From: an uncultured Armatimonadia bacterium
Lineage (GTDB): Bacteria > Armatimonadota > Zipacnadia > Zipacnadales > UBA5352
DNA length: 64,000 nt
Direction: 5' to 3'
Assembly (NCBI GenBank): GCA_964617715.1
Contig: CAZTZN010000002.1
Coordinates: 23,441 to 87,440 of the forward strand
A model generated the notes under the pieces. That model was given only the letters and a program-made list of their open reading frames with translations. It ran no database searches and had not been told where the DNA came from. The position numbers were made by a program, and so were the translations under genes. This document shows positions 18,957 through 27,989 of the stretch, piece by piece; positions within the stretch are counted from its first letter, which is position 1; the number at the start of each line of letters is the position of its first letter.

Positions 18957-19866
18957 CGGCCTGCTGAACATGCTCAAGCCTCCCGGCATGACCTCGCACG
19001 ACGTCGTCGATGGGGTGCGACGCATCGTCGGCACGCGGCGGGTCGGGCACACCGGAACACTCGACCCGGCGGCCGCCGGCGTGATGGTACTGATGATCGG
19101 TGCGGCCACGCGGCTGAGCGAGTTCCTCACCGCCCGCCCCAAGGTCTATCGTGCCGAGATCACCTTCGGGATCGCCACCGACACGCTCGACGGCGAAGGC
19201 ACCATCGTGGAGCGCGCCGATGCGCGCGCCCTGCGAGCGGCGCCGGTGCGCGAGGCGCTGGCGGCTCTGACCGGCGAGCTGCAGATCGTGCCGCCGATGT
19301 ACTCGGCCGTCTGGCACCACGGCCGCCGGCTCTACGACATCGCCCGCAGCGGCGAGACGGTCGAGGTGGAGACCCGCACGAGTGTGATCGACCGCTTCGA
19401 GCTGCTGGACTTCCAGCCCGGCAGTCCGGCGCGCGCCCTCACCGAGATCGCCTGCTCCAGCGGCACCTACGTGCGCTCCCTGGCGGCGATGGCGGGCGCA
19501 ATCGTGGGCCTGCCGGCCTACCTGTCGCTGCTGGTGCGCACGCGCGTTGGCCCACTGGAGATCGCAGACGCCCTTACCGGCCGCGAGCTGACACAGGTGG
19601 TGCGTGACGGACGCCTGAGCGAGGTGTTGATCGCCCCGGAAGATGCGCTGACCGACTGGCCGCGGCTGGTGGCCGACGCGCCGACCGCACGTGCCTTGAG
19701 CAACGGCATGCGAGTCCCCCCATGGCAGCCGGTCGGCGCCGGGCACCTGCTGGTGATGCGCGAAGACGGACGGCTGCTGTGCGTGGCAGAGGCGCTCGAG
19801 ATCGAGGGCACGCTGATGGTCCAGCCTCGGCGCCTGGTCACGAGTGAGGACGTGCCGCGGTCATGA
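18949..19866 (+). CDS. truB: tRNA pseudouridine(55) synthase TruB
   Basis: ATG at 18949 overlaps the nrnA stop by 8 nt. The TruB catalytic motif is GHTGTLDPAAAGVMVL. Confidence 0.85.
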   Translation: MADGLLNMLKPPGMTSHDVVDGVRRIVGTRRVGHTGTLDPAAAGVMVLMIGAATRLSEFLTARPKVYRAEITFGIATDTLDGEGTIVERADARALRAAPVREALAALTGELQIVPPMYSAVWHHGRRLYDIARSGETVEVETRTSVIDRFELLDFQPGSPARALTEIACSSGTYVRSLAAMAGAIVGLPAYLSLLVRTRVGPLEIADALTGRELTQVVRDGRLSEVLIAPEDALTDWPRLVADAPTARALSNGMRVPPWQPVGAGHLLVMREDGRLLCVAEALEIEGTLMVQPRRLVTSEDVPRS

Positions 19867-20891
19867 AGATCGTGCACTGGGCGCCTGACATGGTCCTGCC
19901 TCAACGGCCACGGGTGGCCGTGCTGGGGGCGTTCGACGGTGTACACCTCGGCCACGCCCGCACCATCCGGGCCATGCGCGCCATCGCCCATCGGCGTGAC
20001 GCCGAGGCGGTGGTGCTTACCTTCGACCCCAGCCCGCGCGAGTTCAGCGACGGCGTGCGCCGCCCCGGCCGGCGTCTCACCACCAGGGACGAGCAGATGT
20101 ACTACCTGCGCCGCCTGGGCGTGGATCTCGCGGTGATCTTCGACTATCCCGGAGAGATTCGCGATCTCGATCCCGAGGACTTCGTGCGCGACGTGCTCGT
20201 CGGGCAGTTCAACGTCATTTGCGTGTCGGCGAGTGAGACCCACCGCTTCGGCCGTGGCGGCGCAGGTGATCCGACGCTGCTGCGCAAGCTGGGCGAGAAG
20301 CTGGGGTTCGGTGTTGAATCAGTGCCGCCGGTGATCGTCGGCGGCGAGCGCGTTTCAAGCACGCGGATCCGCAAGCTGCTTGCCGCGGGCGCGGTCGCCG
20401 CGGCGGGGGCGCTGCTGGGCCGGCCCTACGCCCTGTGTGCCACCGTCGTCTCGGGCCAGGGCGTGGGCACGCAGTTGGGCTTCCCGACCGCCAACCTGCA
20501 GATCCCGCCCGAGAAGGTCCTGCCGCGCGACGGCGTATACGCCGGATTGTGCGGCGTGGTACGCGACGGCGACCTGGACGCGGTGGGGCAGGCGCGCGCC
20601 GCCGCGATCAACATCGGGGTGGCGCCCACCGTGCGCGGCGATGAGCGTGTCGTAGAGGTGCACCTCGTCGGCCGGCACTGCGACCTGCGCGGCGCGTGCG
20701 TCAAGACGGAGTTCCTGCGCTGGCTGCGGGGCGAGGAGCATTTCGCCAACCTGCAGGAGCTGGCCGCGCAGATCGGACGCGACGCCGCGCTGGCGGCCGA
20801 GCTGGTCGGCGAGCCGCTTCCCGAAGAGCTGCGCCGCTTCGAGCGCGAGTGCCATGTGGACTACGTCATCCGCCCCCGCGACGCGGGCTGA
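19863..20891 (+). CDS. ribF: Bifunctional riboflavin kinase / FMN adenylyltransferase
   Basis: Overlaps the truB stop by 4 nt. FAD synthetase N-terminal half (VAVLGAFDGVHLGH) and riboflavin kinase C-terminal half (GFPTANL..., E..H). Confidence 0.85.
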   Translation: MKIVHWAPDMVLPQRPRVAVLGAFDGVHLGHARTIRAMRAIAHRRDAEAVVLTFDPSPREFSDGVRRPGRRLTTRDEQMYYLRRLGVDLAVIFDYPGEIRDLDPEDFVRDVLVGQFNVICVSASETHRFGRGGAGDPTLLRKLGEKLGFGVESVPPVIVGGERVSSTRIRKLLAAGAVAAAGALLGRPYALCATVVSGQGVGTQLGFPTANLQIPPEKVLPRDGVYAGLCGVVRDGDLDAVGQARAAAINIGVAPTVRGDERVVEVHLVGRHCDLRGACVKTEFLRWLRGEEHFANLQELAAQIGRDAALAAELVGEPLPEELRRFERECHVDYVIRPRDAG

Positions 20892-20907
20892 TCTGGAGCG
20901 AGCCGGA

Positions 20908-21540
20908 TCAGGGAGCACTCAACTCAAGCAGGAATGGGTTCGTGAGAGCTTCATCACCGAGCGTTGACTCGGGCCCGTGACCGGGGAGCAAACGCGTATC
21001 CTCGCCGAACTCCGCGACGATGCGGCGCAGCGACCGCCGCAGGATCGGCATCGATCCCCCCGGCAGGTCTGTGCGCCCGACGCTACCCGCAAAGAGCGTG
21101 TCGCCGGTCAGCAGCAGGTTCTCGACCGCCAGGCACACACCGCCGGGCGTGTGTCCGGGTGTGTGCAGTACGCGCACCGTCAGGTCGCCCACGTGCAGTT
21201 CGTCGCCCTCCGCGAGCGTACCATCGGGCCTGGAGGGCTCGACGCCCCCGACCATCGCCGACCAGAACGCATGCGGACGCTCGATCAGCTCGCGATCGGC
21301 CTCGTGGATCAGCAGCTTCCCGCCGGTGGCACGTTGGATCTCGGCGTTGGCGGCAACGTGATCGACGTGCCCATGGCTGTCGCAGATGTACTCGATCTGC
21401 AGCCCCAGCCGGTCGATGGCATGGAGGATGCGGGGCGCCTCACCGCCCGGATCGATGACCAGGCCCGCGCGCGTGTGGTCGCAGCCGAGCAGGTAGCAGT
21501 TGGCCTGCAGAGGCCCGACGGTGATCGTCTCAAGTATCAT
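20908..21540 (-). CDS. MBL-fold metallo-hydrolase (glyoxalase II-like)
   Basis: ATG at 21540 (MILETITVGPLQANCYLL). HxHxDH motif (SHGHVDH) and later His/Asp ligands. Confidence 0.75.
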   Translation of the reverse strand: MILETITVGPLQANCYLLGCDHTRAGLVIDPGGEAPRILHAIDRLGLQIEYICDSHGHVDHVAANAEIQRATGGKLLIHEADRELIERPHAFWSAMVGGVEPSRPDGTLAEGDELHVGDLTVRVLHTPGHTPGGVCLAVENLLLTGDTLFAGSVGRTDLPGGSMPILRRSLRRIVAEFGEDTRLLPGHGPESTLGDEALTNPFLLELSAP

Positions 21541-21553
21541 CACCAGGCCACCC

Positions 21554-22420
21554 TCACGCCGGGACCTCGATCGCGCTGATGAGCACCAGCTTCTCATCCT
21601 CACGAAGCTGGCCCGAGCGCCGCTTGATGCGACGGACGAAGTCGCGGTCGTAGTCATCCAGCCGCCCCGCCCGCCGAAGCTGCTCGCTGCCCGCCTCCAG
21701 TTCGCCGATGAGCACCAACAACTCGCCCAGCAGGTAGCGGTAGGCGCGGTTGTCGGGCGCGATGCGCACGGTTCGGCGCAGCACCTTGACCGCCGCCCGG
21801 CGTCGGTTGAGCCGGATCAGAACCGACGCGAGGCGCACGTGGTAGAAGTCATCCAGTGGAGCGCACTCGGTGGCGCGCAGATATGCCTGCGCCGCCGGCA
21901 GCCAACGGGCGGAGCGCACGTGCAGCTCGCCGAGCTTGTAACGATACAGCCCCTCTCCGGGATCGCCGGCGATGGCGGCCAGGAGGGCGGTCTCGGCCAT
22001 CTCGTCGTCTCCCGCTCGCGCGTAGAGTTCCGCCAGCCGGTAGCAGTAGTAGGGGCGCTCGGGGTCGGCCTCAACCGCCAGCTCCATCTCGCCGATCGCC
22101 TCCTGCACTCGCCCCGAGCGGGCGAGCAGGTCGGCCATGCAGAAGTGCGCGTCGGCGTTGTCGGGATGCGCGCGCAGTGCCCGCTGGTAGGCGCGGAAGG
22201 CCTCATCGTCGCGGTCGGCGAGGGCGTACGAATCCCCCAGGCTCAGATGCGCGCGTGCGTTGCGCTCGTCAAGTTCGGTGGCACGGCGGTAGCTCTCGAT
22301 AGCGCCCATGACGTCATCCTGCAACGCCCGCGTATCGCCGGCGTCACAGTAGCGCTTCGCGAGCTTCCTCGCGACCACTTCCTGGCCTTCTCGGCGCTCC
22401 TGTGTGCTTGCCATCGCCAT
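21554..22420 (-). CDS. TPR-repeat protein
   Basis: Repeated 34-aa A..Y..A motifs (AYQRALRAHPDNADAHF..., AQAYLRATECAPLDD...). Confidence 0.7.
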   Translation of the reverse strand: MAMASTQERREGQEVVARKLAKRYCDAGDTRALQDDVMGAIESYRRATELDERNARAHLSLGDSYALADRDDEAFRAYQRALRAHPDNADAHFCMADLLARSGRVQEAIGEMELAVEADPERPYYCYRLAELYARAGDDEMAETALLAAIAGDPGEGLYRYKLGELHVRSARWLPAAQAYLRATECAPLDDFYHVRLASVLIRLNRRRAAVKVLRRTVRIAPDNRAYRYLLGELLVLIGELEAGSEQLRRAGRLDDYDRDFVRRIKRRSGQLREDEKLVLISAIEVPA

Positions 22421-22455
22421 TCATCAGCCCGCCATCCGGCGCAGGCCGTTGCCTG

Positions 22456-22905
22456 TCAGAAAGTCCGATCGGTGCTCAGCAACAGCGTCACCGGGCCTTC
22501 ATTGACCAGCGACACGTGCATGCGCGCGCCGAATACCCCGCGCGCGACCTGCAGGCCCATCTCCACCATCCGGTCGGCGAATTCATCGACCAGCGCCTCG
22601 GCCGCATGGGGCTCGCAAGCACCGGTGAAGCTCGGGCGCCGCCCCTTGCGGCAGTCGCCGTAGAGTGTGAAGTTCGGCACCACCAGCACCCCACCGCCGA
22701 TGTCGGACACCGACAGGTTCATCTTCCCGGCGTCATCCTCGAAGATCCGCAGGTGAGCAATCTTGTTGGCCAGCGCGCGCGCGTCCTCATCCGCGTCGGC
22801 ATTTCCGCAGCCGACCAGCACCATCAGCCCGCGCTCGATCCGGCCGACGATCTCGCCCTCGACCTCGACCGCCGCCTCACTTACCCGCTGCACGACCGCT
22901 CTCAC
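22456..22905 (-). CDS. dtd: D-aminoacyl-tRNA deacylase
   Basis: GTG at 22905 gives MRAVVQRVSEAAVEVEG...MVLVGCG. The C-terminal VNEGPVTLLL matches the Dtd signature. The track ORF extends upstream to 22989. Confidence 0.75.
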   Translation of the reverse strand: MRAVVQRVSEAAVEVEGEIVGRIERGLMVLVGCGNADADEDARALANKIAHLRIFEDDAGKMNLSVSDIGGGVLVVPNFTLYGDCRKGRRPSFTGACEPHAAEALVDEFADRMVEMGLQVARGVFGARMHVSLVNEGPVTLLLSTDRTF

Positions 22906-23031
22906 GTGCGCTCCCACTCCCGAGCCCCGGCTTACCAGCCTCTGCTCTTTGTTCCTCGCGCCTGTCCCCGCCACCTGCCCGATGCGCACGAGCCGGGGTC
23001 ATCAGCGGCCTCGCGAATGAACATTCCACCC

Positions 23032-23060
23032 TTGACAGAGCGTCTACTATCTGGCATAGT
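23032..23060 (+). promoter_or_regulatory. Possible sigma70-type promoter TTGACA-N17-CATAGT upstream of the lipoprotein gene
   Basis: Perfect -35 hexamer and a weak -10, read from the sequence. Confidence 0.3.
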
Positions 23061-23104
23061 ATCAACTACGAGTGGTAGTACGACGCGGTGGATGAACCCG
23101 GGAG

Positions 23105-23650
23105 GTGCCTGGAGTGCGCAGGACGGCGACGATGATAGGTCTGATCGCGTTGGTGGCCGCGGCGGGCGTGCTGGTCTTTTCGGGCTGCGACTCGGCCTGG
23201 TACGAGGACGACTGGGACGATGACGGGGGCTACGACGGCAGCTACAACAAGACCATCTTCTTCTACCTGAACGTCGCCGACGCCAACGGCGACCCCCTGC
23301 CCGGCGTGACCGTATGGATCGACGGCGACCAGCAGGATGCGCGCACCGACGACGAGTACGAGCGGCTCGGCCAGCAGTTCCCGCCCGACTGGCGTGGCTG
23401 GCGCTACAACTGGAGCGGCGGGCCGTACTGGCTGGATCTGCGGGATTACGCCGGCGCCGAGTGCACCATCGAGATCATGGTCACCCGCAGCGGTCTGCAA
23501 AGCCAGCGCAGCTATGTGACCTTCGATCGCTGGGATCCGCGCGAGATCTACGTGCGACAGACCTTCGTGATGGAGCCGCGCAGCGGGCTGACCTCGGCCG
23601 CGGTCGTTACCGCGCCGCAACCGGCGGAGAAATGCTCACTCGAGCAGTAA
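23105..23650 (+). CDS. Hypothetical lipoprotein
   Basis: Signal peptide with lipobox VFSGC, then an acidic Trp/Asp-rich mature region. No family recognised. Confidence 0.5.
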   Translation: MPGVRRTATMIGLIALVAAAGVLVFSGCDSAWYEDDWDDDGGYDGSYNKTIFFYLNVADANGDPLPGVTVWIDGDQQDARTDDEYERLGQQFPPDWRGWRYNWSGGPYWLDLRDYAGAECTIEIMVTRSGLQSQRSYVTFDRWDPREIYVRQTFVMEPRSGLTSAAVVTAPQPAEKCSLEQ

Positions 23651-24979
23651 GCCCGACAGTCCTGCGCCATCGGCCCCGGTGGCCATGACCGGCACGATCC
23701 GGCCAACGAGGTCATCGGGGCCGTCGAAGGCCACCCGCAGGTAATTGTCCGAGACCCCGACGAGACGCCCCGCCCTGTCGCGGGGCGTCTCGACGACCAC
23801 CTCCAGTTGCTCCCCCACCGCCGCCTGTGCGAACCTGGCCGCCTTCTCCGCCGACACTCCGCGCAACACCGCGGTGCGTCGCTTGCGCACCTCCGGGTTC
23901 ACACTCTCTGGCATATCTGCCGCGGGCGTCCCCGGCCGCTCGGAGTACGTGAATACATGCAGGTACGCCGCCGGCAGCTCGCGCACGAACTCCAGCGTCT
24001 GCGCGAACTCGTCATCGCTCTCGCCCGGGAAGCCGGTGAGCACATCGACACCGATACTCACCTGCGGCTCGCACGCGACGATCCCGGTGATCAAGTCACG
24101 GTAGAACGCGCTGTCGTAAGGCCGGTTCATACGCGCCAGCGTGGCGTCACAGCCGCTCTGCAGCGGAATGTGCAGGTGCCGGCAGACCTTGCCGTACGCA
24201 GGCAGCTTCGGGTCCGGCGCGAGGGCCCCGCCCCCCGCACACACCATCGCGATCAGTTCCTCAGTCACCTCGCGCGGCTCGATGCTGCTCAGACGCACGC
24301 GTGCGACACTGTCGAGGTCGCAGACGGCATGCACCAGATCGGCCAGTCTCGCCCCGCCTGCGTCAAGATCGCGCCCCCAGGCTCCGAGGTGAGTGCCGAC
24401 CAGCACCACCTCCGGGTGGCCCGCCCGTCCCAGCAGGTCGGCCTGGCGCACCACGATGTCGGGTGGCACGCTGCGGCTGGGGCCACGCGCGGCGGCGATG
24501 ATGCAGTAGGCGCAGGAGGCGTCGCAGCCGTTCTGCACCTTGACGAAGGCGCGCGTGTTGTCAGGGAAGTGGTGCACGAGGCGCTCGGAGTCGGAGGGGG
24601 GTGTCGCAAGCCGCACCGGCTTTCGACGCGCCAGACGCTCGGCGGCCATGCGCGCGAGATCCGGCTTGCAATCGTTCCCCGCGACCAGATCCGCGACGCC
24701 GAGGGCCTCCAGCTCTTCGGGGTACATCTCCGCGCTGCAGCCGGTCAGCACGACCACCGCGTCCGGGCAGCGCCGACGGGCCTGACGCGCCAACCTGCGC
24801 GCGTCGCGATCGGTGCGGTGGGTCACCGTGCAGGTGTTGAGAACATACACATCAGCCTCGGCGTCGAAGGGGACGGTCGCAAAGCCCAGGGCTTCGAAGT
24901 CCTCGCGAAGCTGCTCGCTCTCATACTGGTTGAGCTTGCAGCCCAGCGTTCGGATGGCCACGCGCAAACGAGCGCTCAT
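23636..24979 (-). CDS. mtaB: tRNA threonylcarbamoyladenosine methylthiotransferase MtaB (radical SAM MTTase)
   Basis: ATG at 24979 (MSARLRVAIRTLGCKLNQYESE, MtaB-type MTTase N-terminal domain). Radical SAM CxxxCxxC (NGCDASCAYCIIAAARG). TRAM-like C-terminus. Confidence 0.75.
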   Translation of the reverse strand: MSARLRVAIRTLGCKLNQYESEQLREDFEALGFATVPFDAEADVYVLNTCTVTHRTDRDARRLARQARRRCPDAVVVLTGCSAEMYPEELEALGVADLVAGNDCKPDLARMAAERLARRKPVRLATPPSDSERLVHHFPDNTRAFVKVQNGCDASCAYCIIAAARGPSRSVPPDIVVRQADLLGRAGHPEVVLVGTHLGAWGRDLDAGGARLADLVHAVCDLDSVARVRLSSIEPREVTEELIAMVCAGGGALAPDPKLPAYGKVCRHLHIPLQSGCDATLARMNRPYDSAFYRDLITGIVACEPQVSIGVDVLTGFPGESDDEFAQTLEFVRELPAAYLHVFTYSERPGTPAADMPESVNPEVRKRRTAVLRGVSAEKAARFAQAAVGEQLEVVVETPRDRAGRLVGVSDNYLRVAFDGPDDLVGRIVPVMATGADGAGLSGLLLE

Positions 24980-25130
24980 GGGCGCGTGCCCTCCGCGAGG
25001 CCGGGTTGCGCGCTGCCGAGTCCGTGTGCTATAATCGCCGTGTTCAGGCTGACGAGGGGCGGTCTGCGGGCACGACAAACGGCCGGGGCCTGAGCCCCGG
25101 CCCAACTGCGCGCATCGGTCCCGATTGGGA

Positions 25131-25325
25131 TCAGCCCCGGGCGGCTTTCTTGACCTTGCCCGCCTTGATACACGACGTGCAGACCTTTATCCGCTTCGGC
25201 GAGCCGTTCACGAGGGCGCGCACACGCTGGATGTTCGGCTGCCACGTGCGCTTGGTGCGCCGCTGCGAGTTGCTCACGTTGTGCCCGGTGCTCGGCCGCT
25301 TGCCGCAGATCTCACACTTGGCCAT
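25131..25325 (-). CDS. rpmB: 50S ribosomal protein L28
   Basis: 64-aa translation MAKCEICGKRPSTGHNVSNSQRRTKRTWQPNIQRVRALVNGSPKRIKVCTSCIKAGKVKKAARG. The track ORF is spuriously extended upstream to 25778. Confidence 0.9.
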   Translation of the reverse strand: MAKCEICGKRPSTGHNVSNSQRRTKRTWQPNIQRVRALVNGSPKRIKVCTSCIKAGKVKKAARG

Positions 25326-25443
25326 CGTCAATACTTCCCTTCGCAAGGCGAGCGTGTGTCCGTCCACGCGTCGCCGAATTGCCTGAGTAAATAATGATAG
25401 CACATCCGCCCGACGCCGCGCAAGCGGTGTCTGCATCGAGGCG

Positions 25444-26280
25444 ATGACGATTTCCCACCGCTTCCCCGATGATATCTGCCCTGACTGGATGCGGCCGGCC
25501 CTGCCGCCGAGCGGCCCGCCGCGTATCAGCGGTACCGCCATGCCCGGTGGCGTCTTCATGTCCACCGGCAACGCCCGCAGCGCCGGCGATCTGTGGCTCA
25601 TCCTGACCGGCCTGTCCATCGCCGCGCTCGGCTCGGGGGCGCTGGTGCTGACCTGGATCATCTCGTGGACCATCGAGCAGTTCTCGGCGCTGCCGCTCAC
25701 CGGGATGCTGATGATGCTCACCCCCGGGCCCGACGGCGAGACGGGGCCGCTACTGGAGATCGGCCTCAACCTGCTCACCTTCCTGTGTTTCCTCCTGCTT
25801 ATGCGCCTGACCCCCCTGTCCGGCTACCACGCGGCCGAGCACAAGGTTATCAGCGCCATCGAGCACTTCGGTGAGGCCACCATGGAGCGCGCTCGCACGA
25901 TGCCGCGCGCCCACCCGCGCTGCGGGTCCAATCTGCTGGCCGGGCTGCTCCCGCTGCTGCTCATCGGCGAGCCTCTGTGGCGCCTCAGCCCCATCGCCGG
26001 GGCCGCCACCATCATCCTGGGCTGGTCGATGCGTTTCCACACCGGCTATCTGATCCAGACGCTCTTCGCCACCAAGGAGCCCACCGATCGTCAGCTCCGC
26101 GCCGGGCTGGAGGCCGGCCGCAGGGTGCTTGAGCGCTGGCAGGCCTCCCTCGGGCGGCCGGTACCACCGCTGATCAGCCTGTGGCGGCGCGGCATGGCGC
26201 AGATGTTCATCGGCATGTTCATTGGCGTCTGGCTCCTCGGACACATCTACGAGTACCTGCACCTGTGGCTCGACTTCTGA
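25444..26280 (+). CDS. DUF1385 family membrane-associated metal-dependent protein
   Basis: Hallmark SGYHAAEHKVISAIE plus several hydrophobic helices. Divergent from rpmB. Confidence 0.6.
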   Translation: MTISHRFPDDICPDWMRPALPPSGPPRISGTAMPGGVFMSTGNARSAGDLWLILTGLSIAALGSGALVLTWIISWTIEQFSALPLTGMLMMLTPGPDGETGPLLEIGLNLLTFLCFLLLMRLTPLSGYHAAEHKVISAIEHFGEATMERARTMPRAHPRCGSNLLAGLLPLLLIGEPLWRLSPIAGAATIILGWSMRFHTGYLIQTLFATKEPTDRQLRAGLEAGRRVLERWQASLGRPVPPLISLWRRGMAQMFIGMFIGVWLLGHIYEYLHLWLDF

Positions 26281-26315
26281 CCAGGATTGCACCAACACGC
26301 TTCGGAGGACGCTGC

Positions 26316-27989
26316 ATGGCTGACGCACAGCTCATCGAACTCATCGACGCCGCGCTGAAGGCGGCCTGCGAGGCGGGCGACCTGCCCCCCTGCGACCCCG
26401 AGATCCGCCTGGAGCAGCCGCCCCGGCCCGAGATGGGCGACTTCTCGTGCAATATCGCCATGATCCTGGCGAAGCCTGCGCGGAAGCCTCCGCGTCAGGT
26501 GGCCGAGACCATCCTCAAGCATCTGCCGGAGTGCGCCTTCATCGACCGCGTGGAGATCGCCGGGCCCGGGTTCATCAACTTCCACCTCTCCCCCACCTGG
26601 CTGCAGGATACCGTCCGAGACGTGTTGCTGCTCGGCGACCGCTACGGACACAGCGACGAGGGGGCGGGCAGGCGGGTACAGATCGAGTTCATCTCGGCCA
26701 ACCCTGTGGGCCCGCTGCACATCGGCAACGCCCGCGGTGGTCCCTACGGCGACGCACTGGCCAATCTGTTCGAGGCCGTCGGCTACGAGGTCGAACGCGA
26801 GTATCTGCTCAACGATGGCCCGGACAACACGCAGTTCCGTCTGTTTGGCGCGTCGGTGCAGGCCCGGGTACGCGAGCTGCTCGGGCTGCCCGCGCACATG
26901 CCTGAGGATGGCTACAGGGGCGAATACGTCATCGACTACGCGCGGAAACTCATCGCGACGCATGGCGAGCGCCTGGGCGAAATCCCGGAGGACGAGGACG
27001 GCTTCTTCGAATTCGCGATCCTCGGCGAGGAGGTGTGCGTGGCCGACATCCGCAACAGCCTGGAAATGCTGGGCGTCGAGTTCGACTCGTGGTTCAGCGA
27101 GCGCGCGATGTTTGAGGACGGTGAGATCGACGCCAAGCTCGACGAGCTGTGGGGCCGCGGCGTGCTCTACGAGCGGGATGGCGCGGTATGGCTGCGCACC
27201 ACCGACTTCGGCGACGAGGAGGATCGGGTGCTGGTGCGCCAAAACGGCGCGAAGACCTATCTCATGAGCGACCTCGCCTATGTGGACAACAAGCTCGCGC
27301 GCGGCTTCGACCACCTGATCTACGTCTGGGGGCCCGACCACGCGGCCCAGGTGCCCTCGGTCAGGGCGGGCATGGCCGCCGCGGGTGTCGATCCCGAGGT
27401 CACCGAGTTCATCGTGCATCAGATCGTGCGCCTGACCGAGGGCGGCGAGATCGTGCGCATGTCCAAGCGCCAGGGCACGATCGTTTCCCTCCGCGAGCTG
27501 ATAGCGGACGTGGGACGGGACGTGACACGCTTCTTTCTGCTCTCCCGCTCCGTCGATTCGCACCTCGACTTCGACCTGGAACTGGCGCGCAAGGAGAGCG
27601 ACGAGAACCCGGTCTATTACGTGCAGTACGCCCACGCACGCATCAGCAGCATCCTGCGCGAGGCCCGACAGCGTGGCTTCGCGACCGACGATCTTGCCCG
27701 GGCCGACCTGTCGCTGCTGGCGCATCCCGACGAGCTGCGCCTCATGCGCTGGCTGGCCGACTATCCCGCCGAGGTCAGCGACGCCGCCGCTCAGCGCGCG
27801 CCCCACCGGCTCGCGCATCTGTCGCGCGATCTCGCAGCGACCTTCCACCAGTTCTACGGCACCTGCCGCGTCATCAACGAGCATGAGCCGGAGCTGTCAC
27901 GCGCGCGCCTTGCGCTGGTCAGCGCCGCAGGCATCGTGCTGCGCAACGTCCTCGGGCTGCTGGGCGTGAGCGCGCCGGAACAGATGTGA
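26316..27989 (+). CDS. argS: Arginine--tRNA ligase
   Basis: ATG at 26316 within track ORF 26181..27989. The HIGH-type motif is PVGPLHIGNARGG and the DALR anticodon-binding C-terminus ends ...RVINEHE... Confidence 0.9.
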   Translation: MADAQLIELIDAALKAACEAGDLPPCDPEIRLEQPPRPEMGDFSCNIAMILAKPARKPPRQVAETILKHLPECAFIDRVEIAGPGFINFHLSPTWLQDTVRDVLLLGDRYGHSDEGAGRRVQIEFISANPVGPLHIGNARGGPYGDALANLFEAVGYEVEREYLLNDGPDNTQFRLFGASVQARVRELLGLPAHMPEDGYRGEYVIDYARKLIATHGERLGEIPEDEDGFFEFAILGEEVCVADIRNSLEMLGVEFDSWFSERAMFEDGEIDAKLDELWGRGVLYERDGAVWLRTTDFGDEEDRVLVRQNGAKTYLMSDLAYVDNKLARGFDHLIYVWGPDHAAQVPSVRAGMAAAGVDPEVTEFIVHQIVRLTEGGEIVRMSKRQGTIVSLRELIADVGRDVTRFFLLSRSVDSHLDFDLELARKESDENPVYYVQYAHARISSILREARQRGFATDDLARADLSLLAHPDELRLMRWLADYPAEVSDAAAQRAPHRLAHLSRDLAATFHQFYGTCRVINEHEPELSRARLALVSAAGIVLRNVLGLLGVSAPEQM

